Shown piece by piece: positions 12,301 to 27,300 of a stretch of DNA of 64,000 nt (position 1 is its first letter; every line of letters starts with the position of its first letter). A program made the translations under genes and the position numbers. Location: contig NC_087252.1 in assembly GCF_037042905.1 (NCBI RefSeq), positions 10,912,001 to 10,976,000 on the forward strand, read 5' to 3'. The DNA comes from Lytechinus pictus. Taxonomy: Eukaryota. The notes under the pieces were generated by a model. That model made no database searches and was not told where the DNA came from. It saw only the letters and a list, made by a program, of their open reading frames with translations.

Positions 12301-15300
12301 TACGTCCCGCAGTAGAAGCCAGGATCGCACGCTTCGCACTGCGCCTCCTCGTACAGGTACAAGGAGTCGGAGTAGGTCCCGTTCGGGCAGGGCTGAGGGA
12401 CGGACGTCTGCTGGGGGCAGAAGAATCCCTTGGGACAGGGTCCACCGATACCACTGTTGGTCTCGCCATCTGGGTTACTGATGTTTACACCTGTACAAAA
12501 AAACAGTGTTGCCAATTTGATAACTTTTTCTGTCAAGCACCGTCCAACATTCGTTCATTATGATAAAAATAACAATAGCAAACTTCCAATGCCCCCTCCC
12601 CAAATCCAGAGCTGCCAACCTGAACAAGAACATTTCATATCAGAGTTTAGAATATGATTTCCTTCTACCCACTATAAGGTGTGAATAAGTTCATGTACAC
12701 AGCAACATTAATTAAAAATTATAGATGAAGTCTCATACCGAATAAATAAAAAATATATACTTTTATTCATGCCATTACACCTCCATTGTACTTGCACAAT
12801 GAAACATACCTGACTGACAGAAATAACCTTGATCACACGGCCCTGCCGAGGCATTAGCTATTCCAAATGTGTAGGCTCCTAGTTGGGTACAGTAGTATCC
12901 TGGAGCGCAGGGCTGGCACTGGTCTACTGAGGCTAGTCCTAGATCCGGATTGTAGGTCCCTCGAGGGCAGGGGATGGAGCCGTTGCTGCCGGTGCCTTCG
13001 GGACAGTAATGACCTCGGGGGCAGGCCAGGAGACGCTCGCCGTCGGCGCAGTAGAATCCTGGTGATGAATTGAAAATGATTACAAAATTCATGCGATTTA
13101 GATTGAAAGTATATTTTTCATATTGATAATACATGTTCTAACAATGATCACAACCATGGACATCTTGCCACATGCAAATCATACTTGTAATTGCTAGTGT
13201 GGAACATTTTGTATATTCTATTTGATCACTGACCAGGCATTGTCTTCCAAACATCATTGGATCAAAGTAAAGAAGTAATTACATACTACATATATCCATC
13301 TCAAAGACTACTAAAGTGAGGAGGTAGTTAACAATATAAGATGTTCCAGAGTTCAAATTATGCGATTGTTTTGACCAAACTTGATAAAGAGATACTTTGT
13401 TAAATATGTCTTGAAAATTAGCAAAATTAGCATAATATGATTGAGCTTCATGTGTTTGTTTTTTTCAGTCCACTTTCCTTCTTTTATTCATTTCAATTGA
13501 ACTTTGAACATCGACAGAACCAGCCAGAATGATGCAATCAAGAGATTAGATCCTTTGACAGAATAACAAAGTTTACATCCCTATTCATACATGTATATTG
13601 ACCAGGTTGAAATAGAATGACACAATGAAACACTAGCCCTCGCAGGTACATGTATTAGACCAACTGCATCTCAACCAAATGACTATTCGTTTGACCCTTG
13701 ACCTACCCTGTGGGCAAGTGAAGCACTCTGCTCTTCCCGTTATGTTGTTATACTCCCCGTCAGGACATCTCATGGCCGCAGGGGAGCCCTCTGGACAGTA
13801 GTGACCCACGGGGCAGATGTTGCCTGTTTCGCCGTCCGTTGGGTACTGGGTCTTGGCCTTGCCAGCGCAGAAGTACCCTGTAAAAAAAATCCATATTTTA
13901 TTGTTTGAGCCAGAGATTAGAATCAGAAACACTCAAAAATTAGCTCTGCCCAATTAATCGTAGGCCCGGCAGCCACAAAGAATGAAAGAGGAAATTTAAA
14001 ATGTTAATTTTATTGTTACCACTCTAGGCATGTAACAGGAACTACATCTAATCACTAAAGGAAGTGTAAGATGTTTTACCAGACTAAGTCTGTCTCATCC
14101 AACAGTTACCATAGATACTGCACTTCTATGCCACTCAAAACCAAGGAAAGTTGACAGAGCTAACAGCGTATCACTAAAGGAAGTGTAAGATGTTTTACCA
14201 GACTAAGTCTGTCTCATCCAACAGTTACCATAGATACTGCACTTCTCAGCCAATCAAAACCAAGGAAAGTTGACAGAGCTAACAGCGTATCACTAAAGGA
14301 AGTGTAAGATGTTTTACCAGACTAAGTCTGTCTCATCCAACAGTTACAATAGCTACTGCACTTCTATGCCACTCAAAACCTAGAAGAGTTGACAGAGCCA
14401 ACATCTTGTAAGATGGCAAATGTTGATGAAAATCAAGCGTAACATAAAAGTGGAATATAATGACTTTGAGCGTTGATCTTGACATTTGACCTTTACCCTC
14501 ACAATCTGAACTCAACATCTAACCTTTGACCTCATCCACACCTGACCTTGTACATTTGACCTAGAGCATTACCTGGAGCACAGAGCTCGTTGGGTTCAGT
14601 AAGAGCATACCCTCCGCAAACCTCGCCTCCTGGGCAGTCCAAGCAGTCTTCAATTTCCTTTCCTCCTGTCACGTTGAGGTATGTTCCATTTTGGCACGGG
14701 TAAGAAGTAGGCGTTTCCGTCCCCTCAGGACAGTAGTAGCCAGCCGGGCATTCCCCACCACCGAGTATCGTGGCATTGGCCTAGAGTAAAAACAAAAAAA
14801 CTATATAATTATTACAATGATAATAATACAATCATATTCAATCAGGGTAGCCATTTCACTTCTGAAAACTGTTCTCCCTTGCAGCTGGCTCTGCTAAAGA
14901 TTATAACATTATTATTAACCCACCCTTAGCTGGCTGAACAGGCACACAAGTATTCCAGGAATTTCTTCCTAATGTGTACCAATTTAATACACCTGGGTGG
15001 AGAGTGGCAAGTATAGATAATTCCTTGCCAAAAGACGAGAGCAACAAGGGGATAATACATTATAAAAAGCAAACCACAACTGACATGATTAAAGTTAAAT
15101 GCCAGTTGTGAGAACAATTTCAAAGTGAGTTCAAACAGAGTATGATAAAATTACCTCCCAAACATCCCTGTATATGATCACAATTTACAATGACTTTAAA
15201 ACCTCTATCTCAAACTAATAAAAAGCGTGTTATGTTTTACATCGTCAAAACCATAACATTTGTATAATGCTGTAACAATAAAAAACAGTACCAGACACTT

Positions 15301-18300
15301 CCAGGGTTATAACCAAAACTTTAAAGGGGGCTTCAGGGAAGACTTACGCAATCTGTTTCATACGGATGAGAGGTGTCGGCTCCCCCAATACAGTAGTGTC
15401 CAGCAGCGCAGTCTCCGCTCACATCTATCAAGCCTGTTTCACCACAGAACTTCCCCGGTGGACATGTGGTGCAGTCACCCACCTCCTGAGCACTGGTCTC
15501 AACACGATGTGTTCCCTGTTTGTGAAAATAATAATAATATGGTCCATTTATATAGCGCAACTATTATAATTGCATATACTCTACTGCGCTTGATACTTGG
15601 TATCATGTTATTACCCCAGCTGTAGCTGAGCGGCCATATAGGTGCTAAAACTATCGGGTACACATTCACCTCACCTGGGTCGAGTGCAGCACAATGTGGG
15701 TAAATTTCTTGCTGAAGGAAAACACACCATGGCTAGGATTCGAACCCAAGTCTCCCTGATTGAAAGACTAGAGTCGTAACCACTAGACCACGACGTCCCC
15801 ACGTATAAAATAAAACGAGGGTGATAAGAAAAATTGTACAGAATCTTCTTACATTGTAGCTTGTTATAAGCAAGCAAACGGGGCCTGAATGTGCAACATT
15901 TGCACTATTGCACATGTGTCCAAAATGTAGCATTGCATATCTTAGGAGGTAACTTCACAATATGATTCCATTCACTGCACATAGTAACTAAATGAAGAAC
16001 TGATACTTAATGACAGGTGTGGGCCCTGTTGTACAAAGAGTTACAACTGATCCGATGAATAGTAACTCTATGGAAATCCATTAGTGTCATAATTTTTTCT
16101 ACGAAAAATTTGCACAATGTCCTTTTTATGCAAAGAGAAGCGCTGTGAATTTTCAAGAAAACAATGAATGCATGAATATACATGTACATCACAGCCAGAA
16201 AATATTTTGAACAAACATGCATAATAGATGTTGACGTTGCTGGCTGTCCATACTTGCGATTGATCGGATCAATCATAACTCTTTGTACAACAGGGCCCTG
16301 GTGTGCACTTGAGGGATTTGCTTTTTGCTTTCAATAATCTTTTCATTTCAAATCTTGTACCATCTCACTTATGCCTATATGATATTGGTAAACTACAGTA
16401 CATCCTGCTTGTGATAGCACACTAGCACACCATTATGACATCATAATGGATATTGGCCTTGCAAAGTTCTGTATCTCTCTCATCGGAATCAAGTACATTG
16501 CATATTATAACTCACACAACATTTATCAATTAATTATTCAGGGTGATATGACAATTATATTATGCTTGTGGGTGCACTATTACTAAGTCACAGTGGATAT
16601 TGAAGCTATTCATCTATATCATTTGTTGTTGATCAAGTGCATCATATACTATAAGTCACACAACATAAATTCCTCAATGAACCTCACATACATGTACATG
16701 TACACAAGCATGATTAATATGTAAAAAAACAGCTTACATGGCAAATGTCAGCCAGGGAGAAAGGAATCTAATTTTCGATGACACAACCATGCTTAACATA
16801 TTATAGACATATACATGCAATCACAGCAACAAAACATGTATTCAGTTCAATTCAGTATAACCCTTATTTCATGAAATCCTTGATATCTTTAGCAAATAAG
16901 TCTGAAGTGGTATTCAATACATCATTAATTCATGAACGTGAATAAAAGTGAAATATTAATCAATTACAGGTTCGTACACCAAAGTTGAGAGAAAACAAAA
17001 TCACAATGCTGCATCAAAATCTCACTCACCGTTGGGCAAGGAACCGGTATGATGGTCCTCGGCGGACAGTAGTGCCCGGAGAGGCACGGTGCAGGCGTCG
17101 CCGTCCCCGACTCATTACAATACGCCCCTTGAGGGCAGTCTAAGCAGTAGGAGGACTTCCTGGCCGTCTGATAGGAGCCACGTTCACATGGCTCAGCCTT
17201 GTAAGCGGCACTGCCGCTGTAGTGACCCTCAGGGACCTCATGCTGAATACTGGTGCCCGAACCTCCGGTGCAGAAATACCCAGGCTCGCAGGGACCCGTT
17301 GGCTCAGGGTTGTTGTCACCGGCACAGTAGTATCTGGAAAGTGGGCAAGGTTTGATGAGAAATGGTAATTTTAGGAGTGTTCCAATGAGGTGTTTTCAAG
17401 ATCATCTATCACTGGACAGTCATAACATGGCTGGTGGGTGTTTCATAAAGCTGATTTTGAGCTGAGTGACTTTACACATGACCGGTGACCCTTTCTTGTG
17501 CTACATGTATATCCCTATGTAGCAGACATCAGCACCTAAGAACTTGTTCCAGTAATCTGTTAAGTCATTCATAGCTTTACAAACAGCTTTATGAAACACC
17601 TACCTGGGGAATATTTCATACAAGGATTTGTCACACATTTTATTCCACAGCCATGGTAGAAGAAAACTGCTTATCCTTCAGACATACTAATCCAGACATG
17701 CCAAGTCTCAAGCCTCAGGCATGAGATACCCATCTTGCTGTTCCCCCCAAATCTCCTATCCCATGCCTGTATCACATCTTTTCCTCATACACAATATAAT
17801 GCCAAGTTGAAGTTCCCTGCCTAAAATCTCACACCTCGCTGGGTTTCGGACTTGGCATCTCTGGTAATCACATGATTCAGTATTGAGGACTCACCCTGGG
17901 TCACAGGCAATGCAATCGTCTGCAGACTTCGAACCTGATGAGTTGCTGTAGGTGCCCAGAGGACAGTTCGCTGGATAGGCAGTACCGGCAGGACAGTAGC
18001 CACCGGGTGGACAGACACCTCCAGTGAAGCCATCTACAGGAGCCTGGAAGACACAAGAGAATGAAATGATTAACTTTTAATCTGATCAATAGAGGATAGT
18101 GAGCAGGAAATACAGAACCAGCTTGACAGTAGCCACAGGTTTTCATTTAATAATGACTATTCAAAATCACATGCCTCCGTAGCTTTGTAACAAATATTTC
18201 CTGAAAATGAAATCAGGAAAGCAGACTAGGGCTCTTTCTCTACAGCTAATTTCAAGCTAGGTCTTAAAAATTTATACTTATTGAATTTGCTTCAACATAT

Positions 18301-21300
18301 AATTTCTGGTCAATCTAACCAATATTATACATATAGTGCATGCTGTTGAGTTCAAAGTACCATAATATGAGTGTCCATAGATTTCAAATTTCTCGCGTGC
18401 GTACGGCCGAGTTGAAATACATGTATAAACACACAAGAGAATTTGAAATTTATGGATACGAATGATATTGTATATTGAACGATAATAAGCATGTACTATG
18501 CGTTATATGAGAGGGGAACAGAGAAAAATTACCGCAGAATCGTTTTCCTCAAAGTATCGATCGATGGATCACCTTATGAGGTTTTGTACACAAGCTACCA
18601 TGCAGAAATTGCCGGTATATGCCACGATCGTGGCATATACCGGATTATGTCATTGCAATTGATCAATCAGAAGCCTTCTCTCATACCACCCATCTTATAT
18701 AAACAAAATATCCAATGTTTGTCTACTTCAAGGAGGGGAGGGGGAAGGAATTTATGTCCTTAGCACGAATAAACTACCCCATTTGACTTACCGAAGACAC
18801 AGCTTTGAAAGCACAGAAGAAACCAGCATCACAGACATCAGTGGGTTCAAGGTTACCAGCACCCTCGCAGTAATAGCCTCCAGGACATGGTGTGCAGTCC
18901 TCACTACGACGCAGGAGGGTGGAATTACCGTAGGTACCGGTTGGACATGCCGAAGGGTACTGACTCCCTGCAGGACAGAAGAAGCCCTGAAAGAGAGGTG
19001 ATGGACAGGTGTGATTTATTATCGTCATCATCATCATCATCAACATCATCAACATCACCATCATCATCATCATCATCAACATCATCGCCATCATGAACAA
19101 CATCGTCATCATCATCATCGCAAACATCATCATCATCATCATCACCATCATGAACAACATTTTCGTCATCATCATCNNNNNNNNNNNNNNNNNNNNNNNN
19201 NNNNNNNNNNNNNNNNNNNNNNNNNNNNNNNNNNNNNNNNNNNNNNNNNNNNNNNNNNNNNNNNNNNNNNNNNNNNNNNNNNNNNNNNNNNNNNNNNNNN
19301 NNNNNNNACAATCACTCACTTCTGCTAACTTTCCGCTTACCTGAGGGCATTCGACTGGCCACGACAGACCTTCCGTGGGGCAATAGTATCCTGCTATACA
19401 AAGGGTGCATCCTTGCGAGTCCTCACCAGCGCTTGCGTTCAGGTAGAACGAAGCTGAGCAGGGATTGGCGTACTGATCGGCCGTGCCCTCCGGACAGAAA
19501 TGACCGCCTGGACAGTCACCCGCCTGTAGGTCAAAGGGTCAACATAACATTAGAATTCAGCACAAGGCAAAAAAAAATATGGCATCTTGGGTTGAACAGC
19601 TTATTTTTCATTTTTTTTTTTTTGTTAGCCAAAATATACCTGTACCATGAACTGAGTAATATCCAAGCAAAAGGCTTTTGAATTTGGCAAATTCATTTAT
19701 GGTAACCAGTGTACTATTAAGAACAGGTGTAATATGAGTTAATTTATTATGTAGGGTCACTGTACTAGCAGCAGTATTCTGTAATTGTTGTTCTTGTAAG
19801 CTAAATTAAAAAAATATTCATCAAGATTCCAAAGTACAATGGCCAATTTTCAGATGCCCAGCATGCAAACATGTGGTACATGGTGGACTCACGGAAGCTC
19901 TGTAATACAATAGAATACTTACTGGTGCTGTAAGTCCTGTTGGGTTGCAGTATTGTCCTTTTGGACAGATCTGGCACTCAGATTCTTGGATCAGACCGGT
20001 CTCATCACTGAAGGTTCCGTTTGGACAGTGCCGGGGGTACGGATCCTGTGAGAATATTTATAATAAAGAGATATTACTCATATTTTAAAGGAAAATTGTT
20101 GCGTGCTCTCAAGGGGACTTTGACACCAATCATCCAGAGTAGAACAAGATTTACTTTGCAGACATTATTATGCCAAAGTACTCGGCACAAATTGAGCACA
20201 AAAGTCATTGATCGATTTCCCCCCTCGTCAACTCCGACCAAACACAATGTTGTCTCACATACCTTATCTCCGCTCAAACAGTAAGAGCCGGCTACGCAAG
20301 CATCGTTGAAGAGATCGGGAGCGGAAATACGTCCAGCCGCACAGGTGACACCGGCCGGGCAGATCTTGTATGCGTACATGTTGGTCTGTGTCGTGGCTCG
20401 CTCATCGCAGTAGTAACCAGGTTCACATGTGGTACAGCTCGTGGCACCCCAGTCCTAGAATACAATCATTGTCATTCTTGTTATTGTCATTTTCCATTAT
20501 CATTAAGCATTAACATTGAGTATGAAGCGTTTTAAAATCTTATCACCAAAAGTGTCTTTATCATCATCTTTGTCATTATCATCATGATCACCATTGTAAT
20601 CATCATCATCATCAATTTCATCATTAACACCACCACTANNNNNNNNNNNNNNNNNNNNNNNNNNNNNNNNNNNNNNNNNNNNNNNNNNNNNNNNNNNNNN
20701 NNNNNNNNNNNNNNNNNNNNNNNNNNNNNNNNNNNNNNNNNNNNNNNNNNNNNNNNNNNNNNNNNNCACCATTGTCATCATTATGATCACAAAACCACTA
20801 TCATCGGCATCTCCATGATAAAAGTGACAATAGAAAATAGAATGTAATCTCCCATTTCCTGTAAAATAGAAAAATGTATCCATAACTTTGGCTGCCACAA
20901 TAAGATATATATAACATTAAACTTTGGCAGCATTATAACTTCAATATCAAAATAAACAAAAGTCAACAATAAATTAAAAATGTATTGTTTGCTCTAGGCC
21001 TAAGTTCTGAACTGCCTTTCAGTTTTTTTCTCTTTTCCTGAGCAAAATCTTCCCATACTTACAGAATATGTTCCTTTGGAGCATTCTGTTGCCTCCACAT
21101 TTCCAGTTCCGTTACAGTAGTGTCCTTCTGTGCACTGGGAGCAGTCATCTTCACTTCCACCTTCCTCTTCTTCACGGAATGTACCTCTGTCAAGAAGAAA
21201 ACAAAACATTAAAGAGTTGTTTCGGGCTGAAAATAATAACAGACATCAACATCATCATCATTACCAAAATCATCACCACCACCACTATCAACATTACCAC

Positions 21301-24300
21301 TACCACCACAACCATCACCATTATCATCACTATCATCATCATCAACATCATTACCATCATCTCCACAACAACCACCATCAGTATCATCATCATCATCAAC
21401 AACATATATCTGTTTTTTGTTTATGGTAACTCCCATAGAAACTCAGCAGGACAGCATTTTGCTGGTAAACGCCAAGCTGGTATATAACCAAATACCTAGG
21501 AAATATTTACGTCTAGGTTAATCAGTCATAGTGACTGTCCTTATAGACAACAGATATTGCGATTGGGCTTTTTTTTATCACAGTGGAGACAATGGCGGAG
21601 TAAGGATTCAAACTCACAACCTTGCGATGTTGAGTCCAATGCTCTAACCACTGAACCACAAGACCCAACCCAACATGATTCAACTTACGCTGGACATGCA
21701 GTTGGTAGCGATGAACCCTCTGGACAGTAATGCCCCTCGGTACAATCAACGCATTGCTCCCATCGGATGTTACCTCGCTCGTTGGAATAGGAACCCTCAT
21801 GACATGGGTACTGGTTGGCCGATTGCGTTCCTGTGAAGATGAATGCATCAAATTGGGCACATGAAGATTTTTCGAGGCCAAAATTAATTCGATTTCAATC
21901 CTCAAATTGGCAACAGCCATTTATATTTCCATTCACTTTCATACTTTGAAATATCTGAAACGTGGATACATGTGTTGAAATAAATGCAAATAAAAAAATT
22001 TAAAGTCAAGATTAATCTGTTTTTGATCCTAAGATTGGTAATCACTGATAGTCTTTTCCATTCTCAACATGAGTACAGATGAGTGTTTAAAAGCAAAATT
22101 TAACAAAAAGTTGCCAATTTGGATTTTTTAAACTAAATTTTTTTGTTTTCAATGTACTGCCAATTTCGAGTGTTTTAATGAATAACTCAAAGTTATACAT
22201 CTTTTTTATTCTGGAATGATATGGCATACATTCAATTTTTACATTAGATATTTCTACATCCTGTCGTATTAATTGCTATCACCTGGCAAGCAAGGATCTG
22301 ATGACCATGGTAAAATATACATCTGAAAAGCCCTTAGAGACATTGTTCTGATGTATCATGAGGTGAATAACAGCAGATTATTGATACCAATAATTTTTAT
22401 ACCTGCCGGACAGTAGTGCCCTGTTGGGCAGAGCTCTGTTGGTTCGGTCGCTGCCTCAAGGCAGTAGTATCCTCTAGGACATTCGTAGCATTCGTCAACC
22501 GCTTTCAGGTTCGTTTGATTGGTCCAAGACCCCGCAGGGCATGGGTATTGGTCAGAGTGCTGGGTTCCTGCTGGACAGTAGTGACCTTGAGCGCATACCG
22601 CAGGTGGCAGCTGAAGACCGCCAGTACCTAAGTACATAATAAAATGAACAACAGAGGTAAATATCAACAGAATGGGGAATCGAAGTGACCGTAGGGTCCC
22701 TGAGCACAAACCGCAGGGGGCAGCTAAAGGCCAAACGTTTGCAATGTGTTGCCAATTTAGGAACTTTAGGGATTAATGACACTAACCTTTGTAACAGGCA
22801 AACGATGCTTCATACTGTACACATTGGAAGGATGCAGATGAAAACTTTTACATAGTGTTGCCAATTTAACATCTTACAGAGATTAATGATACTAACCTTT
22901 GTAAAAAGCAAATGATGCTTAACAGATTTTACAATGGAAGGATGCAGATGAAAACTTATACAGTGTCACGTTTGGAAAATGCAAGAAAAGTAATTCGTCA
23001 TTATTGATTTAATTTTTATATATATCCGTATAAAACACCCTGAAATCAGGTGTGCAGTTTGAAGCATAAAAGGTTATGACAGAGAGAAATAAATAGAGAT
23101 AGAAAGAATGATAGAGAGAAAGAGAGGAGGGGAGAATGTGCCATTGATGGTTGAGTGATCAATCTAGATGCCTGGTGTTCAATAGAGTGCTAGTTGTATT
23201 GTGTGTAATGCTTCTTGCTTAGCAATGAAAAGGAAAGTTGTATGGCATTAACCATTGTTAATGAACCTTAATGTTTTGCATGACTCTTTTGTATTAGCCT
23301 ATGTGTGTAGATAGATACATGTAGCTGTTGCTGCTGTATTAGGAGAGTGGTGAAAAGACACACCCTATGAATCTGTCTTGGTGTACAGAGGTGCGCATTA
23401 CCAGTTTTAGCCAAGAGATAGCTGGATTATTTTCTGGTGATATTTATTTGAAAGCCAGAAGATGGCACTTTTCGATGAAAGGTCTTCTTTACACTTATAA
23501 TTTCCAAGTTTGTCCCCTACACTTCTATCGCTGAGTGATCATTGTGATATCGTTATTACTAAGATATGTGACTTTGTAAAGTGATGTATTCTGTAAAAGT
23601 TTAATTGGGCATTGTAAATGGAGGAAAGCCCGATAAAATAATGATAAGATAAATAAAAATTCTATCAAACAAATGAGATTTTCAACAGACAGATTATTTT
23701 CATCTAGTTGAGTGCTGTAAAAGAAATGACTTTTAATTATCGTTTACTTCAAAGAGAACACATAGTATATATTTGTTTGTGCCTTTAATGTTTTGTACTT
23801 TAGATGGCACATTACCCAGAGCTTGGGATTTTGAAAACATTGTTGTGTCCTCCTTCCAAGTGTCAATGAAGATTGGTCAAGCAATTGGGCATTCGAACCA
23901 AAGTGCGTGGCGTCGTAGATTGGATACTACATGTAGTTGAACATTCATCACATCATGGTGAGCTGTATCAATTCAAATTAAACTGATGAACAATGACTCT
24001 AATTGAGAAGTGAACTACTTCATGCTTTTGAGATTGATAATGAAGCCATTGATAAATTTTGTCAACAAGTGATATGCCCAAACGTTATTGTATTGGCCAA
24101 GATGTATCACAGAGCCAGTGAAAGCGTTACAGCTCGAGTTTAGTCTGATTGTACAGTGTAGTTTGAGTTTATTGACTCTCTGCATGGAACCTGTGGGTAT
24201 TTCTGATCCACATCCATAGTTGTATTAAGAGGATTGAGAGTTGGGAGAGGATGGTCATTGGAAGTGAAATATGTGGACAGTCCACTACTCATATTTTATG

Positions 24301-27300
24301 ACAGATCATTGTATTCAGAAAGAGAATTATCACTTAGAAATTGGAGTGTAGTCATGGTAGTGAGGAATTACAATTAGTAACTCCTCATGTGTTCAACTTA
24401 ATCTGAGGGGGTTGTTTAAACCCTGAATTCCATACTGATACTGGTAACGTTGACTTATGAGAATTTTGTAAATGTGCGCAAATAATGTCCGACAAGTAGT
24501 TTAATGGATACGAAAGGACCGTATCACCGTTGTGTAAGTGGTAAATCTGGATAGGTGGAATTTAATTATGATTAAATGATTGATTTGTGGAGATCGTAAA
24601 TGGCATGTGTTTGTTATCCTTATTCTGTATTATGCGTACCATGTGACATACAGTGATTTCAGATTACAAGGTAACAGATGCAAAACTTTTCCAATATGTT
24701 GCCAATTTGACATCTTTAGTGATTAACGATACTAATCTGTGTAACAAGCAAATGATGCTTCCCAGATATCACATTAGAAGGAAGCAGATACAAACTTTTA
24801 CAAAGTGTTTTCAGGTTAGAAGGCAACAGGTGCAAATTTTTCCAATGTGTTGTCAATTTGACACCTTTAATAATTAACGATACTAACCTTCGTAACATGC
24901 AAACGATGCTTCACAGTCTTCGCATTGGAAGGAGGCAGTAAGGTTATGGTAATCGTTGAAGGTTCCAGCCGGACAAGCATTATCAGCATCGTTAGGACTG
25001 TCACTTCCTGCTGGGCAAAAGTACCTGGTTTTGGAGTAATAGAAGGAAAACATAGCATAAGCATGGAAGATATCATCATCATCATATTTTTCATTGTCAT
25101 CACAACCATCATTGATACCCTTCATAATCACGATCACATTATCATCACAACTATCACCATTGCAATTATCATCATCAGTGATATGGCTACAGTGGTCAGC
25201 CAAACTGGCACAGAAGATTTCTAACCTCCACCCATCATGACAACCACTAATTTCAAATGAAAAGTGTTTCAAACACAATTACTTGCAAAGAAGAACTGGA
25301 CTCCGTTAACCTGTTGACTACTGAATTCTGTTATTCCCATAGGCTTTGTACATGGATCACCCGGTTCCAGTAGGCGTTGGGTTAATTTCCACCTTAAATC
25401 TTGTTTTATTTGCGTAAGGTACATGTACAATAAACATTCTTATATTTGATGAATATTAGTTTATTTTCACAAATCTGCTAATAACAGGTTGTCATTGGAT
25501 GTTCATCGCTTTCGAACTGACTCAGCTTTATCATTATCATCATCCTCATTATCATTTTCCATGACAATCATCATAGTCATCATCATCACCATCACCATCA
25601 TCATCACCATCATGATCACCATCATCATCATCATCATCATCATTATCATGATAATCACCATTGCCCTCATCACTATCATCATCATTATCACACAATGCCA
25701 TGATCATCATCATCATCTATATAACCATCATTTGGGATCAGCAAATATTAATCCACTTCACATGAAAGCTGATGCCCATATGACTTCAACTTAGGCTCTT
25801 ACTGACAATTTCCTTTCCTTCCCAATTGTAAATGTATGATTTTTGCAATGAATTGTTGATTACATACCCAGGGTAGCAGTGCGTATCAGGCTCCACCAAG
25901 GCAACGGTTGTGCAGGCGAACCCAGCGGTACAGGGATTACAGTCAGATACCTCGTTCTGACCAACGGTGGGATTGAAGGTACCGGCAGGGCACGCCTGTG
26001 GTGTGTCGGTACCAGAGGGGCAGTAGTAACCCGCAGGGCAAGTCTTGCACTCTCCTTGAGCTACAGGGAAATAAATTATTCATTTATTAGTAATAAAGAA
26101 GGCTGACCTTCTTTAAGCCAATCTCCATGGCCCGTATTCTGAAGTCGGGTTTAACTAAAACTAAGGTTTAAAGTTGTGGTTTAAGTATGGCCAATTGTTA
26201 CATAAATCACTAATGGTAGAGATATCAGTTTTCAGCTCATTTGGTTCTCAAATCATTCATAATTGTCTAGGAAATATAAATAGATGATTGTCTTCACCAT
26301 CGATGAATCAGGAAAGAGCACAGTAAACATAAGAAACATACATGTACATCTTAATACAAATTTTGACACTTTTGGCTTCCCATAATTTTAGTAAAGAGTT
26401 AGAGCATGGTCTAAGTTAAACCTAACTTCAGAATATGGGCCTATGAATTTACAATTACATCTCAAAAAGTCAGTATTCGATAGTTTACTATTAACATACA
26501 AATATTGTACAATCAGAGATTAATAAAAGTGAGGAAATTAATCCACAAAAATGTCAATAATTTGACAAAGCCTTGTGGCCAGTGGATTAGTTTCCGTACT
26601 CTGAAACAGAGGGTCGTGGGTTCAAATCCCAGCAATGGCTTAGTTTCCTTCAGCAAGAAATTTATCCACATTCTGCTGCATTCACCCCAGGTGAGATGAA
26701 TACCTGGCCAGAATTTACTCCTCGAAATGCCAACGGCTGGAAGCTGGCTGCTTGAGCTATAGCCGGGGTAATAATATCCAAGTCCTTTGGAAGCGCATAG
26801 AGTTATTCATAATGTGTTATGGGCTACACAAGAACTGACTATTATTATTATCTAGAATTAATAAACAGATGAATAAAATTGATGAAAGTAGAGCATGGAC
26901 TTACACTCAGCTCCTTCAACTTCTGTAAAGGTACCATCCAGACAAGGGTTTTCATCGGCTGCTCCGGTGCCCTCGGGGCAGTAGTAGCCTTTGGGACATT
27001 CACGGGGCAAGCTCGTACCTTAGGAACAAGAACAGAACAGTTACAACATTTAATGATTTTTACACTTTCATACTGCACCATTATATTACTTCAATATGTA
27101 TGAAAGTTTGAATTGTTTATATTACATAGCTTATGTAGATTTGAATCAGTGATAGGTCAATACACCATCACGTGATCATAGCTGCGAGGATCGCATTTGT
27201 TATATTTTAGGTTTTGACGTCACCTCAGTGAATATAACTGCGTTGTATTGTCAATTGCGGCATTATATTCACTAAGGTGACGTCACTCGCTGCTTACAAG

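Noticed and set aside
14051-14405. CRISPR-like array (also 48660-49480)
   Set aside because: Whole-unit tandem repeats with no unique spacers, no cas genes, eukaryotic intron context.
18887-19344. Poly-His/Asp/Met/Ile ORFs (also ~3732-4018, 21068-21487, 25489-25794)
   Set aside because: They are translations of intronic (CAT)n microsatellites and N gaps.
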